DNA from: a bacterium
GTDB lineage: Bacteria; Bacillota_I; Bacilli_A; RFN20; CAG-288
Assembly (NCBI GenBank): GCA_963612025.1
Contig: CAVDUB010000003.1
Span: forward strand, 37,235 to 101,234
Reading direction: 5' to 3'
Length of the DNA stretch: 64,000 nt
Below the pieces are notes generated by a model, which was given only the letters and a program-made list of their open reading frames with translations, was not told the origin of the DNA and did not search any database. Positions 48,108 to 58,113 of this stretch are shown here, one piece after another (position 1 is the first letter of the stretch; the number at the start of each line of letters is the position of its first letter). The translations under genes were made by a program, and so were the position numbers.

Positions 48108-49546
48108 GCAAAACCACGTTTACCATCAGTAAGAAAGAATTGAAGCGAAGAGATTTTATTCTTCATGGTAATTTGTGGAAGGTTGTCTTTGTTATCGCAT
48201 TACCATTATTCTTCTATTCTTTGTTCAACTATGCCTATTCCATCATCGATACGATTATGTGTTCAGGCATTTCGAAAAGTGCTTTGAATGCGGTTGGGGC
48301 GTTAAACCAAGTCAACAATATGATATCTGCCATCGGCGCTGGTTTGGGCGCCGGTGGTTCTATTCTGATTGCCCGAGAAATCGGGAAAGGCGATTATAAA
48401 AAGGCAAAAAAACTTTCTTCGACTGTCTTCTTCTACGTCTTCATCATCGCAGCGTTGACGATTGCGATTGTCTTGCCTTTGACTGCGCCGATTCTGCGAT
48501 TGATGAATATCGCAGAGGAATCCATTGCTATCGGGTCGACCTATTTCATGATATCGGTCTGCTCGAGTGCGGTCGTCATGATCAACACAGTCTACATGGG
48601 TGTCGAAAAAGCCCATGGGTCGACTTTGCCAATCACCCTGCTGAATGTCGGAGTTGTTGTTGTGAAGGTTCTTCTGAACGTCTTATTCATCTATGCACTT
48701 CAGCTGAAGGAAATGATGTATGTTTCCTTGGCGACATTGATTGCCAATGGATGTCTGACTCTGTTTATTCTCACTCGCCTTTTTTTCACCAACTATATCT
48801 TCCGTTTCGATTTCAAGGAAATCTCCCTCAATTTCAAGATGCTCAAGAAGGTTTCCATCATCTCGTTTCCAATCTTTCTTGGAAAATTCATCTTCTCTTT
48901 AGGGAAGGTGGTCATCAATGGCCTAGCCAATGAATTTGGTTCGGATGTCGTCGGTGCCTTAGGCGTTTCCAATAATATGGGCGGATCGGTCACCAATCCT
49001 CTTTCATCTATTGAGGATTCGTCTTCGAGCATCATCTCTCAGAATGTTGGTGCCAATCAGGTGGATCGAGCCATCAAGACATTTTTCGTCGGTTTGGTCT
49101 ATTCTCTCTCGATTGCTGTCATCGGCGTGGCGATTGTGACGATTTTCGATAAGCCGATTACGATGTTTTTTGCAAGAAGTGCAGACGATGTCGAAACGTA
49201 TGCTAATCATATTTCGCAGGTGTTCTTTTATGAAAAGATGGGTATCATCACTTTAGCCATCAACTCCTCGGTCTTGGGCCTTCTTTATGGCTTGGGAAAG
49301 ACGAAAGTCGCTTCAGTGATGAATATTGCAAGAGTCTTTGCTTTCCGCATCCCTTCCTTTGCCATCTGCAATGCCTTAGTGAAAGCGGGTGTTCAGTTCC
49401 CAGGCGTCGGAAATGAAAACCCGGGATTCATGGTTGCAGGCATCTCTATGGGTGTCAGCAACATCAGCATTGGCCTTGTTGCCATTGTCGTGGCGATTGT
49501 TGAGATTCGTTCGATTATGAAAAAGAAAAAAATCCAGGAGGAAAGT
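48104..49546 (+). CDS. MATE-family membrane transporter portion of an in-frame MATE-GH105 ORF
   Basis: Twelve predicted TM segments in a NorM-like protein. No stop codon precedes the GH105 ATG at 49547. Confidence 0.65.
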
Positions 49547-50653
49547 ATGACACTCAATGAAGATGAATTGAAGAAGGTCGATGAATTTATCCGTTCTTTC
49601 TTGACAGAATACAAGCCTTACAAGAATGGAACATGGTGCTATGAGGACGGCGTTGTTCTCAATGGCGCTTGGCAGATGTATAAGGCCAAAAAGGATTCGT
49701 TCTATCTTGATTTCTGTGTGAAATATTTTGATACACACATTCAGGAAGATGGTGCTTTGAAGGGTTTCGATGTGAAGAACTGCAATTTGGATGACTTGGA
49801 GGCAGGTTATGCTCTTTATCATGTCAACAAGGTTCATCATGAAGAAAAATACGATAAGGCCATTGCTCTTCTCCAGTCTCAGTTTGCTGTGCAGAAGAGA
49901 TTAGAGAATGGGGCTTTCATCCACAAGGAACGTTATCCTGCCCAATTATGGCTTGATGGCCTCTATATGGCAAACCCATTCTATGCTCTTTATGCTGCAG
50001 ATGAACATTCTATCAAGATGATGGATGATTTGAAGAATCAGTTCGAAAACGTCGAAAAATACAATGTCAATCCAACGGACGGATTCTATTATCATTGCTA
50101 TGATGAAAACAAGGTCATGCAGTGGGCTGACAAGGAAACGGGAAGAAGCCCGAATGTTTGGCTCAGAAGCGTTGGCTGGCTTGCCATGGCGGATTGTGAT
50201 GTCTATCAGATTGTCTCTGATTCTGTCATTGGAAAGATTCATGCTCCTTTCTATAAGAAGCAACTGAAGAATGTTCTGTCTTCTTTGAAAGATTATGAGG
50301 ATGAGACGACAAATATGTACTATGATCTTCCTGTCCTGAAGGATTTGAAGGGGAATTATCTTGAATCTTCGGGCTCTCTCATGTTCGCCTATGGCTATTT
50401 GAAAGGATCTCGCCTGGGTATGCTTCCTTATGAGGAAAGAGAGCACGGATGCAAGATCTTCGAAGGCGTTGTTCGCAATTGCCTCAAGGACAATCATCTT
50501 GAGAACATCTGCAAAGTTTCCGGATTGGATAACGAAAGAAGAAACGGAACGGTGGAATATTATCTCTCTGAACCGATTGTCGCTGATGACAGCAAGGGTG
50601 TAGGCCCTTTCATGATGGCTTACAGCGAATATCTTGCTCTGCCGAAATTATAG
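49547..50653 (+). CDS. Unsaturated rhamnogalacturonyl hydrolase (GH105, YteR/YesR-like)
   Basis: (alpha/alpha)6 GH105/GH88-like sequence 'EDGVVLNGAWQMY...WLDGLYMANPF'. AGGAGG at 49535-49540 lies 6 nt before ATG 49547. Confidence 0.7.
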   Translation: MTLNEDELKKVDEFIRSFLTEYKPYKNGTWCYEDGVVLNGAWQMYKAKKDSFYLDFCVKYFDTHIQEDGALKGFDVKNCNLDDLEAGYALYHVNKVHHEEKYDKAIALLQSQFAVQKRLENGAFIHKERYPAQLWLDGLYMANPFYALYAADEHSIKMMDDLKNQFENVEKYNVNPTDGFYYHCYDENKVMQWADKETGRSPNVWLRSVGWLAMADCDVYQIVSDSVIGKIHAPFYKKQLKNVLSSLKDYEDETTNMYYDLPVLKDLKGNYLESSGSLMFAYGYLKGSRLGMLPYEEREHGCKIFEGVVRNCLKDNHLENICKVSGLDNERRNGTVEYYLSEPIVADDSKGVGPFMMAYSEYLALPKL

Positions 50654-50705
50654 ATGGTATGATATTTTAGTATCCATAAGTAAAATATAAAGGGGAAAAA
50701 CAATT

Positions 50706-52178
50706 ATGGAAAATCTTGAAATTCTGTCGAAGAAGAATCACGAAAAGAAGACGGCTCCGATCAAAATTATGCAGTTCGGTGAAGGAAACTTCCTTCGTGC
50801 TTTCGTCGACTGGTTGATTCAGAAGATGAACGATTCCGGAAAATATGAAGGTCATGTCGTTGTTGTTCAGCCACTTCCAAACGGAAGAGTTCAGAACCTT
50901 GCCGATCAGGATGGTCTTTATACTCTCATCCTTCAGGGAATCAACGAAGAAGGAAAGGCAGTCAAAGAACATCAGATCATCGATGTCTTGGATGACTTTG
51001 TCAATCCCTATGCTGATTATCAGAAATTCTTGAAATATGGTGAGTCTAAGGACTTGGAAGTCTTGGTTTCCAATACCACTGAAGCGGGTATTGCCTTTGA
51101 TGAAAATGATACCAAGATCAATATCGATGTCCAGACTCCGACTTCCTACCCAGGAAAGGTTTTGGCATTGCTCAAGCATCGTTATGAGACTCTTGGCAAA
51201 GAATATGGTCTTGCCTTGATTCCTTGCGAATTGCTCGATGACAATGGCGATAAGCTGAAAGCTGTCCTCAACCAGTTGGCCACCGCAATGCATCTCAGCG
51301 ATGACTTTATTGACTATATCAACAATTCCTGCCACTACACCTCCACCTTGGTTGACCGTATTGTTCCTGGTTTCCCAAGAGATGAGTTTGGCGAACTCTG
51401 CCAACAGTATGGCTATGTTGACAACAACATGGTCAAGGGTGAATATTTCCACCTCTATGTTTTGAAGGAAGAAGCCTATGTTGAAGAAAAATTCCCGGTT
51501 CATAAAGTGGGACTTCATGCCATCTATGTTCCGGATGTCCATCCATACAAGCAGAGAAAGGTCCGCATTCTGAATGGTACACATACCACTTTGGTTCCTG
51601 TCAGCTACCTTGCTGGCTTCAACGAAGTGAGAGAATCTCTTCTCAATCCGGAAATCAATCAGTTCATCCTTTCTGAACAGAAGGAAGAAATCGTTCCGAC
51701 TGTCACCACCAAGGATGCTCAGAAATTCGCCGATGATGTTCTTCAGAGATTCCTTAATCCCTATGTCCATCATCAGCTTATGTCCATCGCTTTGAACTCC
51801 ATTTCCAAATTCAAGGAAAGAGATCTTCCGACGATTTTGGATGATTTCAAGAAGGGACTTGTTCCTTCCCATATGTGCTTTGCCTTCGCTTCCTTGATGA
51901 AGTTCTATGATGGCTATCGCATCGTGGATGGCAAGAAGGAAGAAATCAAGTTGGCCGATGATGCCAAGAATATCGCTTGGTTCAGAAAGACCTGGGATAG
52001 CTATTATGCTTCCAAGGATGTCCATGCCTTGGTTGAAACCATCATGAAGAATGAGGAATTCTGGGGACAGGACCTCACTTTGGTCCCTGGATTTGAGAAT
52101 GAAGTCGAAAAGTGGATGAATGTCATCCTTTCGAGTGCTACGCACATGGATGCCATCAAGACATTCTTAAAAAAGTAA
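50706..52178 (+). CDS. uxaB: Altronate oxidoreductase (tagaturonate reductase), mannitol-DH family
   Basis: 'IMQFGEGNFLRAF' N-terminal Rossmann motif. Length is 490 aa. Confidence 0.8.
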   Translation: MENLEILSKKNHEKKTAPIKIMQFGEGNFLRAFVDWLIQKMNDSGKYEGHVVVVQPLPNGRVQNLADQDGLYTLILQGINEEGKAVKEHQIIDVLDDFVNPYADYQKFLKYGESKDLEVLVSNTTEAGIAFDENDTKINIDVQTPTSYPGKVLALLKHRYETLGKEYGLALIPCELLDDNGDKLKAVLNQLATAMHLSDDFIDYINNSCHYTSTLVDRIVPGFPRDEFGELCQQYGYVDNNMVKGEYFHLYVLKEEAYVEEKFPVHKVGLHAIYVPDVHPYKQRKVRILNGTHTTLVPVSYLAGFNEVRESLLNPEINQFILSEQKEEIVPTVTTKDAQKFADDVLQRFLNPYVHHQLMSIALNSISKFKERDLPTILDDFKKGLVPSHMCFAFASLMKFYDGYRIVDGKKEEIKLADDAKNIAWFRKTWDSYYASKDVHALVETIMKNEEFWGQDLTLVPGFENEVEKWMNVILSSATHMDAIKTFLKK

Positions 52179-52181
52179 GCT

Positions 52182-53654
52182 ATGAACGATTTCATTAAGA
52201 TCAATCCAAAGGATGATGTCATCGTTGCCTTGAAAGATTTCAAGAAAGGGGATGTCGTTGATGGCATCACCCTTCTTGATGACGTCAAAATGGGCCATAA
52301 GATTGCCCTTCATGACATGGAAAAGGGACATCATCTCATCAAATATGGCAATGTCATCGGTGTTTTGAACGAGGATGTCAAGAAAGGAACTTGGATCCAT
52401 TCCCACAATCTTCACACCTCTCTTGCCGAAGGGGAGCCGACCTACCATTATGATCGCCATCTTCCGGAACTTCCCAAACCGAGTGAAAAGACTTGGAAAG
52501 GATTCCTTCGTGAAAATGGAAAGGCCGGAACTCGAAATGATTTCTATTTCATTCCGACGGTCGGCTGCATAAACAATATTCTGGAAGATATCAAGGATGC
52601 TTTCGTTCTTGCCCATCCAGAAATGAAGGGCCGTGTTAAAGTTCTTTCCCATCCCTATGGCTGTTCCCAGTTGGGGGATGATCTGAAGAATACAGCCAAA
52701 TTGCTGGCTGGCCTTGCACACAATCCCAATGCCGGCGGCGTCCTGCTTGTTGGCTTAGGATGTGAGAACAACCGTATGCAGGATTTCCTCTCTGTCCTTG
52801 GAAAGGTCGATGAAAAGAGAGTGAAATATTTCCTCTGTCAGGAACACGAAGATGAAATTGGCTATGGTCTTTCCTTGGCTGAGGAAATCTATTCCATCAT
52901 GAAGGATGACAAGCGCGTCGAGCTTCCGCTCAGCAAGATCACTTTGGGTCTCAAGTGCGGTGGAAGCGATGGCTTCTCCGGATTGACGGCTAATCCGTTG
53001 GTCGGACTTGTCAGCGATGTCATCGGTGCAAGCGGCGGAAAAGTCGCATTGACCGAAGTCCCAGAAATGTTCGGTGCTGAACAGATGCTGATGAACCGTG
53101 CCAAGGATGAAAAGACATTCGAGAAGGTTGTTGCCCTCATTGAAAACTTCAAAGGCTATTATGCTGCCAACCATCAGCCCTGCTACGAGAATCCCTCTCC
53201 GGGAAACAAGGATGGTGGAATCACGACGTTGGAAGAAAAATCCAATGGCTGTGTCCTCAAGGGCGGTGATTTGGAAATTGATGATGTCTTGGATGTCGGC
53301 GAAGAAATTAAGGCCGATAATCTGACGCTCGTCAATGGCCCAGGCAATGATTTGGTTGCGTCGACCAATCTGGCAGCCAGCGGATGCAACATCATGTTCT
53401 TTACCACTGGAAGAGGAACTCCATTCGGCTGCGTCATTCCGACCATCAAGGTCGGCACCCAGCATAAGGTTTCTTCCTTCAAAAATGATTGGATTGATTT
53501 CGATGGTGGTAAAATGTTGGATGAGGATATCTATGCCGTCCGCGATCAGCTGATCGACCTTCTCATCAAAGTCGCCTCGGGTGAAGAAAAAGCCAAGGCG
53601 GAAAGAAGCGATAGAGGATTGATTGCCTTGTTCAAGACAGGCGTAACCTTATAG
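52182..53654 (+). CDS. uxaA: Altronate dehydratase
   Basis: SAF N-domain plus a D-galactarate-dehydratase/altronate-hydrolase C-domain. Length is 490 aa. Confidence 0.85.
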   Translation: MNDFIKINPKDDVIVALKDFKKGDVVDGITLLDDVKMGHKIALHDMEKGHHLIKYGNVIGVLNEDVKKGTWIHSHNLHTSLAEGEPTYHYDRHLPELPKPSEKTWKGFLRENGKAGTRNDFYFIPTVGCINNILEDIKDAFVLAHPEMKGRVKVLSHPYGCSQLGDDLKNTAKLLAGLAHNPNAGGVLLVGLGCENNRMQDFLSVLGKVDEKRVKYFLCQEHEDEIGYGLSLAEEIYSIMKDDKRVELPLSKITLGLKCGGSDGFSGLTANPLVGLVSDVIGASGGKVALTEVPEMFGAEQMLMNRAKDEKTFEKVVALIENFKGYYAANHQPCYENPSPGNKDGGITTLEEKSNGCVLKGGDLEIDDVLDVGEEIKADNLTLVNGPGNDLVASTNLAASGCNIMFFTTGRGTPFGCVIPTIKVGTQHKVSSFKNDWIDFDGGKMLDEDIYAVRDQLIDLLIKVASGEEKAKAERSDRGLIALFKTGVTL

Positions 53655-53665
53655 GAGATAACAAA

Positions 53666-55069
53666 ATGAAAGAATTTTTAGGAGACGATTTTCTTCTTGA
53701 TTCCGACTTGGCAAAGAAACTGTACAACGAACATGCCAAGAAGATGCCGATTTTCGATTTCCATTGCCATCTTGTCCCGCAGCAGATTGCTGAAGACTAT
53801 CATTTCAAGTCTATCACGGAAGCCTGGCTTGGCGCCGATGGCTATGGCGATCACTACAAATGGAGACTTCTCCGTGAGATGGGTGTCGATGAAGACTACA
53901 TCACCGGAAACAAGTCCGATTGGGAAAAGTTCGAAAAGTATGCTCAGTGCATGCCTTATTTCATCGGAAATCCAATCTATGAGTGGACTCATTTGGAATT
54001 GAAGACCTATTTTGGCATTCATGAACCTCTCAGTTCGAAGAACGCCAAGAAGATTTATGATGCCTGCAATGAGAAACTCAAGACCCTTTCTGCCAGAAAG
54101 ATGATGGAGCTCAACAATGTCGCCACGGTCTATACGACAGATGATCCTGTCGATGATCTTCACTACCATGAAGTCATGGCCAAGGATCCGACTTTGAAGA
54201 CCAAGGTCTATCCAGCCTGGAGACCGGATAAGGCCATCAATGTCGAAAGAGATACCTTTATTCCTTGGGTTGAGAAGCTTTCTCAGGTCACTGGAAAGAA
54301 ACTTGGTGATTTACAGTCCTTCCTTGATGCTATCGATGAAAGACTCAAATTCTTCGTCGATCATGGCTGCACAGCTTCTGATCATGCCCTTGATGTCCTT
54401 CACTTCAAGAAGGCCAGCTATGAAGAAGCCAATGCTGTCTATCTCAAGGGTCTGAAGGGCGAAGCCATCTCCTTTGAAGAAGAAGATATCTACAAAGGAT
54501 ATGTCATGCTCCATTTGGGCAGAATGTATCACAAATACAATATGGTTCAGGAATATCATATCGGTGCTTTGAGAAATAATTCTCTTCGCAATTACAAGAG
54601 AATCGGTGCTGATACTGGATATGATGCGGTCGAGGACAAGGATTTTGCAGAAAAGCTTTCTGCTCTTCTCAATGCCCTTGATGAGACCGATGAGCTTCCA
54701 AAGACCATTCTCTTCACTCTGAATGAGAAAGATTATATCGTCTTGGCCACTTTGAAGAATTGCTTCCAGGGTGGAATGAAGGGAAAGATTCAACTTGGCA
54801 CAGCTTGGTGGTTCAATGATCACTATGATGGAATGGATGCCCAGATGAAGAAACTTTCTGCAGACGGATTGATTTCCTGCTTTGTCGGCATGCTGACGGA
54901 TTCGAGATCCTTCCTTAGCTATCCTCGCCATGACTATTTCCGCAGAGAACTCTGCAATTTCTTGGCCAACCTTGTTCTTGCTGGACGTTATCCGCTTGAT
55001 GAGGAGACCTTAGGCAAGATTGTCGAGGACATTTCCTACAATAACGCCAACGAATATTTCAAAAGATAA
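53666..55069 (+). CDS. uxaC: Glucuronate isomerase
   Basis: 'IFDFHCHL' and a 467-aa uronate-isomerase fold. Confidence 0.85.
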   Translation: MKEFLGDDFLLDSDLAKKLYNEHAKKMPIFDFHCHLVPQQIAEDYHFKSITEAWLGADGYGDHYKWRLLREMGVDEDYITGNKSDWEKFEKYAQCMPYFIGNPIYEWTHLELKTYFGIHEPLSSKNAKKIYDACNEKLKTLSARKMMELNNVATVYTTDDPVDDLHYHEVMAKDPTLKTKVYPAWRPDKAINVERDTFIPWVEKLSQVTGKKLGDLQSFLDAIDERLKFFVDHGCTASDHALDVLHFKKASYEEANAVYLKGLKGEAISFEEEDIYKGYVMLHLGRMYHKYNMVQEYHIGALRNNSLRNYKRIGADTGYDAVEDKDFAEKLSALLNALDETDELPKTILFTLNEKDYIVLATLKNCFQGGMKGKIQLGTAWWFNDHYDGMDAQMKKLSADGLISCFVGMLTDSRSFLSYPRHDYFRRELCNFLANLVLAGRYPLDEETLGKIVEDISYNNANEYFKR

Positions 55070-55140
55070 TCGTTTCTGATTCGATTGATAGACCAGTCTT
55101 CATCGGCTGGTCTTTTTGTTGGAATGAAAAATGCCAACTC

Positions 55141-56124
55141 TTAGTTGGCATTCGTTTCTTCATCGATGGCATCGCGGAGCTGTTTGATGGCAAGCGTATA
55201 TTTCTCGGGAAGAAGAGAACCTTTCTTGTTATATGTCCAATAGACTCTTCCTTCCTGGAGAGGATATTCTTCAAAACGAGCTGTTCGAATACGACAGACA
55301 TTCGACCAATCGTGGAATCCCTCTATGGAGATATGGTCTTCATATTGGCAATAGGCAAAGACAGCTTTTCCATAGTCGCGCCATGGACGAGCAAGAAAGA
55401 TGGTTTCTTTTTCGACACCATTGTCCTTCTTAAACTTGCACTGGTAGAAGAGATAGCCGAAATCATCCTTCAGAGAATGGGAGGGTGCGACGACGTAGGA
55501 TTCTTTTCTCTTGTCGGCGACCGTGATGAGCGTGCAGTTGTCGAAGATTGCCCTTCCGGCACCAAAGATGAAATCGATGCTTCCATAGATCTTGCAGTCG
55601 TGGAAATAGTTGGTCGCATTTCCATCGAAGTATCTTTCATCCTGTGGAAGAAAATCGATATAGCGTGTGCATAAGTCATCAGGAAGAGGGCCGACAAAAA
55701 GGGTATCCTGGGTTGATTTTAGAACGCATGAGAGAAAGAGATTATTATCCCCATAGACACCTAAGGCGACTTCCTGGCCTTTTGTTTCGGGTTCAAAGGC
55801 GACATTTTCAATGACAAGATTCTCAAAGAGGTTATCATTTCCAGTCACTTTCAGGGCAGCTGTCTTCCAGGTCGTCAGTTCTTCATTGTTTTCGTCTTTC
55901 ATCTTGGCATAGCGAGTCGAGACGAGGCTTCCCGAGAGAGAGACGATTCGGAACTTGGAGAAGGGAAATTTGAGATAGCCGACTTCTTTTTCCTTTCCTT
56001 TTATATATATGCAGAACGGTTCATCTGGATATTGGAAACGGAGTGTCTGGCAAAGAAGAATCATCTCCTGGTAAGAGGAAACGGTATATTCTTTTGCTCC
56101 TTTGAAGAAACTTTTCGAAATCAT
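55141..56124 (-). CDS. Pectinesterase (carbohydrate esterase family 8), apparently cytoplasmic
   Basis: 'GQEVALGVYGD' (QAVAL-like) and 'IDFIFG'. No signal peptide. Confidence 0.75.
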   Translation of the reverse strand: MISKSFFKGAKEYTVSSYQEMILLCQTLRFQYPDEPFCIYIKGKEKEVGYLKFPFSKFRIVSLSGSLVSTRYAKMKDENNEELTTWKTAALKVTGNDNLFENLVIENVAFEPETKGQEVALGVYGDNNLFLSCVLKSTQDTLFVGPLPDDLCTRYIDFLPQDERYFDGNATNYFHDCKIYGSIDFIFGAGRAIFDNCTLITVADKRKESYVVAPSHSLKDDFGYLFYQCKFKKDNGVEKETIFLARPWRDYGKAVFAYCQYEDHISIEGFHDWSNVCRIRTARFEEYPLQEGRVYWTYNKKGSLLPEKYTLAIKQLRDAIDEETNAN

Positions 56125-56191
56125 GCTAGCCTCCCATGTGTAAAATCAGTAAAATCAGTATTATTATAAAAAGGAAGGGAGAAAAAAGAAA

Positions 56192-57019
56192 ATGAATTTG
56201 AAAATTGGTGTCCGTGCCCATGATTTGGCTGACAAGACGACGATTGAGGAATTAATCCGCTCCGTCAAGGCTTTTCCTCTTGAGAATATTCAGTTGGTTT
56301 TTCCAAAAGCCCTGAAGGATTATTCCTATGAGGATGAATTTGTCATCCATGTCCGGGACGAACTGAAAAAGAACAATCTGAATGTCTGCATGCTTGGAGC
56401 ATATTTTAATCCGGTCCATTCGGATCGGAAGGTCGTCGAGAAGGGAATTGAGAATTTCAAGGCAAATTTGCGAATCTCCCATTTCTTTGAGAATGTTCCT
56501 CCGGTGGGAAGTGAAACGGGTTCCTATAATGATTCTCCATGGATCTACCATCCGAAGAATCAGACGGAGGAAGGATATCAGGAGACAAAGAAAGTTTTCA
56601 AGGAATTGCTAGACTATGCATTATCTATCGATAGCAAGATCATCATTGAATCGGCGTGGGGACATGTCATCTATTCTTATGAGCAGCAGGCGAGGCTGTT
56701 GAGGGAACTCGATTCGGATCATCTTTTTGCCACGGTTGATTTGTATAACCTTCTCTATGAGGGAAACTTCGAGAAAAGAGATGAAATCTTTGAGGGTGCT
56801 TTGAGAACTTTGGGAAACAAGGTCAAGGTGATTCACATCAAGGATGGGGCTATGGAGAACGGGAAACTGATTCAGTTGGCACCGGGCGATGGCAAGTTCC
56901 ACTATGGGTTCATGCTCGATTGCGTCAAGCGATATTGCCCGGATGCAACGCTTGTTTTCGAGGGCGTGAAAAAGGATAAAATCGAACAATCATTGCAAGT
57001 GCTTTCCAAGGCAATCTAA
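56192..57019 (+). CDS. Sugar phosphate isomerase/epimerase (xylose-isomerase-like TIM barrel)
   Basis: AP-endonuclease-2 / TIM-barrel pattern. It lies inside the uronate locus. Confidence 0.55.
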   Translation: MNLKIGVRAHDLADKTTIEELIRSVKAFPLENIQLVFPKALKDYSYEDEFVIHVRDELKKNNLNVCMLGAYFNPVHSDRKVVEKGIENFKANLRISHFFENVPPVGSETGSYNDSPWIYHPKNQTEEGYQETKKVFKELLDYALSIDSKIIIESAWGHVIYSYEQQARLLRELDSDHLFATVDLYNLLYEGNFEKRDEIFEGALRTLGNKVKVIHIKDGAMENGKLIQLAPGDGKFHYGFMLDCVKRYCPDATLVFEGVKKDKIEQSLQVLSKAI

Positions 57020-57169
57020 GAAAATGGAAGGGATTGCATCGACTTCGAGATGAAAAATCCTTGCAAAAACACCTCTAAAAGTAGAAGAATTGCAATGTAT
57101 TCTTGCAATAACTTGTATACAAGAAAAGGGCTTGTCAAGAAAAAAGTATAAAAATTTATTTCGAAAAAT

Positions 57170-57200
57170 GCCGATAAAATCGGCGTTTTTTTCTTTTTTT
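57170..57200 (+). terminator. Intrinsic terminator (GCCGAT-aaa-ATCGGC followed by GT7CT7)
   Basis: Read directly. Confidence 0.6.
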
Positions 57201-57285
57201 AAAAAAACTCGCATAAACTTTTTTTGGTCTTGTGGTACAATACGTGTAAGCGATTTCACTTGGACAAAGAATTGCAAACTAAAAA

Positions 57286-58113
57286 ATGACAAAACAAAAC
57301 TACCGCTTATTCGATCTTGCTGTCTTCACACTCATCGCCTGTGTCGTCGAGGGAATCAATGTTCTCGTCTTCAACCTGATGAAGGTTCAGGTCGGGAAAT
57401 ACGCTCTCAATCAAGTCTACACATTGTCATTTGCCTGCATGCTTGGCATGATTGCAATCTATCGGTGGAACGCGTATGGTCTCTTCGTGGCACCGTTGGC
57501 GGGTGTTGTCTCCATCTGCTGCAGAATGTTCCTTCAGCAGAGTGTGACGACGAACCTCTGGCTAAGCTTCTCCATCGGCTATCTCGGATTGGCGACTTGT
57601 CTCTTATTTTTCTATAAAAAGGACAAGGACAAGCTTCGGGAAGATAAAGGAAAAATGATTCTCTACTATTTATCTGGTTTCCTTTCGGTGGAAGTTCTAA
57701 GGGCCTTCTGTCAGATTGGTGCGGAGGACTATTGGCTTCTTCTTCTCAATTATGTTTCCTTCGACATGATCAACATCGTCTTTGGGGGGCTGGTTTTCTA
57801 TATCGCCCTCAGGCAGGATGGATTAGTTGTCGATATGGAATCCTATCTGAGGCATATGAAGGACGTTCAAAAGAAGTTTGCCGGTCAAGAATTCGCTAGC
57901 AAAAATGTCAACATCAATGTCGAAGAACTTGCGGAAGCGGATGAAATCAACGAAGCGGCGCTTCTCGATGGCGGAACCTTATCGACCGAAGACCTAAAGA
58001 AGATGGAAGACAATCGACGAAAATTAGAGAATCGGCAGACGAAATTCGATCAGGAAAATCAGGAATTGGAAGCCTATAGAAAGGCTAAGGAGGCAAAACA
58101 TGGCAGTCGCTAA
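57286..58113 (+). CDS. Membrane protein (6 TM) with a C-terminal cytoplasmic coiled-coil tail; first gene of the ABC-transporter operon
   Basis: Six hydrophobic helices, then an E/K-rich 80-aa tail. Its end overlaps the permease start by 14 nt. Confidence 0.45.
   Translation: MTKQNYRLFDLAVFTLIACVVEGINVLVFNLMKVQVGKYALNQVYTLSFACMLGMIAIYRWNAYGLFVAPLAGVVSICCRMFLQQSVTTNLWLSFSIGYLGLATCLLFFYKKDKDKLREDKGKMILYYLSGFLSVEVLRAFCQIGAEDYWLLLLNYVSFDMINIVFGGLVFYIALRQDGLVVDMESYLRHMKDVQKKFAGQEFASKNVNINVEELAEADEINEAALLDGGTLSTEDLKKMEDNRRKLENRQTKFDQENQELEAYRKAKEAKHGSR

Noticed and set aside
49511-49546. A-rich run at the MATE/GH105 junction as a dnaX-like programmed -1 frameshift site
   Set aside because: The zero-frame heptamer is G_AAA_AAA / G_AAA_AAG rather than a true X_XXY_YYZ slippery site, and no downstream stimulatory hairpin is evident. 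I kept it only as a possible sequencing-error hotspot under the fusion finding.
50667-52145. 492-aa minus-strand ORF overlapping uxaB
   Set aside because: It is a shadow ORF opposite a well-supported altronate oxidoreductase gene. Its translation is low-complexity and has no family features.
57230-57285. Possible preQ1/ECF-type riboswitch before the 6-TM protein
   Set aside because: The leader between the putative -10 and the ATG is only about 45 nt, and no convincing aptamer hairpin plus A-rich tail could be drawn. The 6-TM protein is also much longer than QueT-type S-components.
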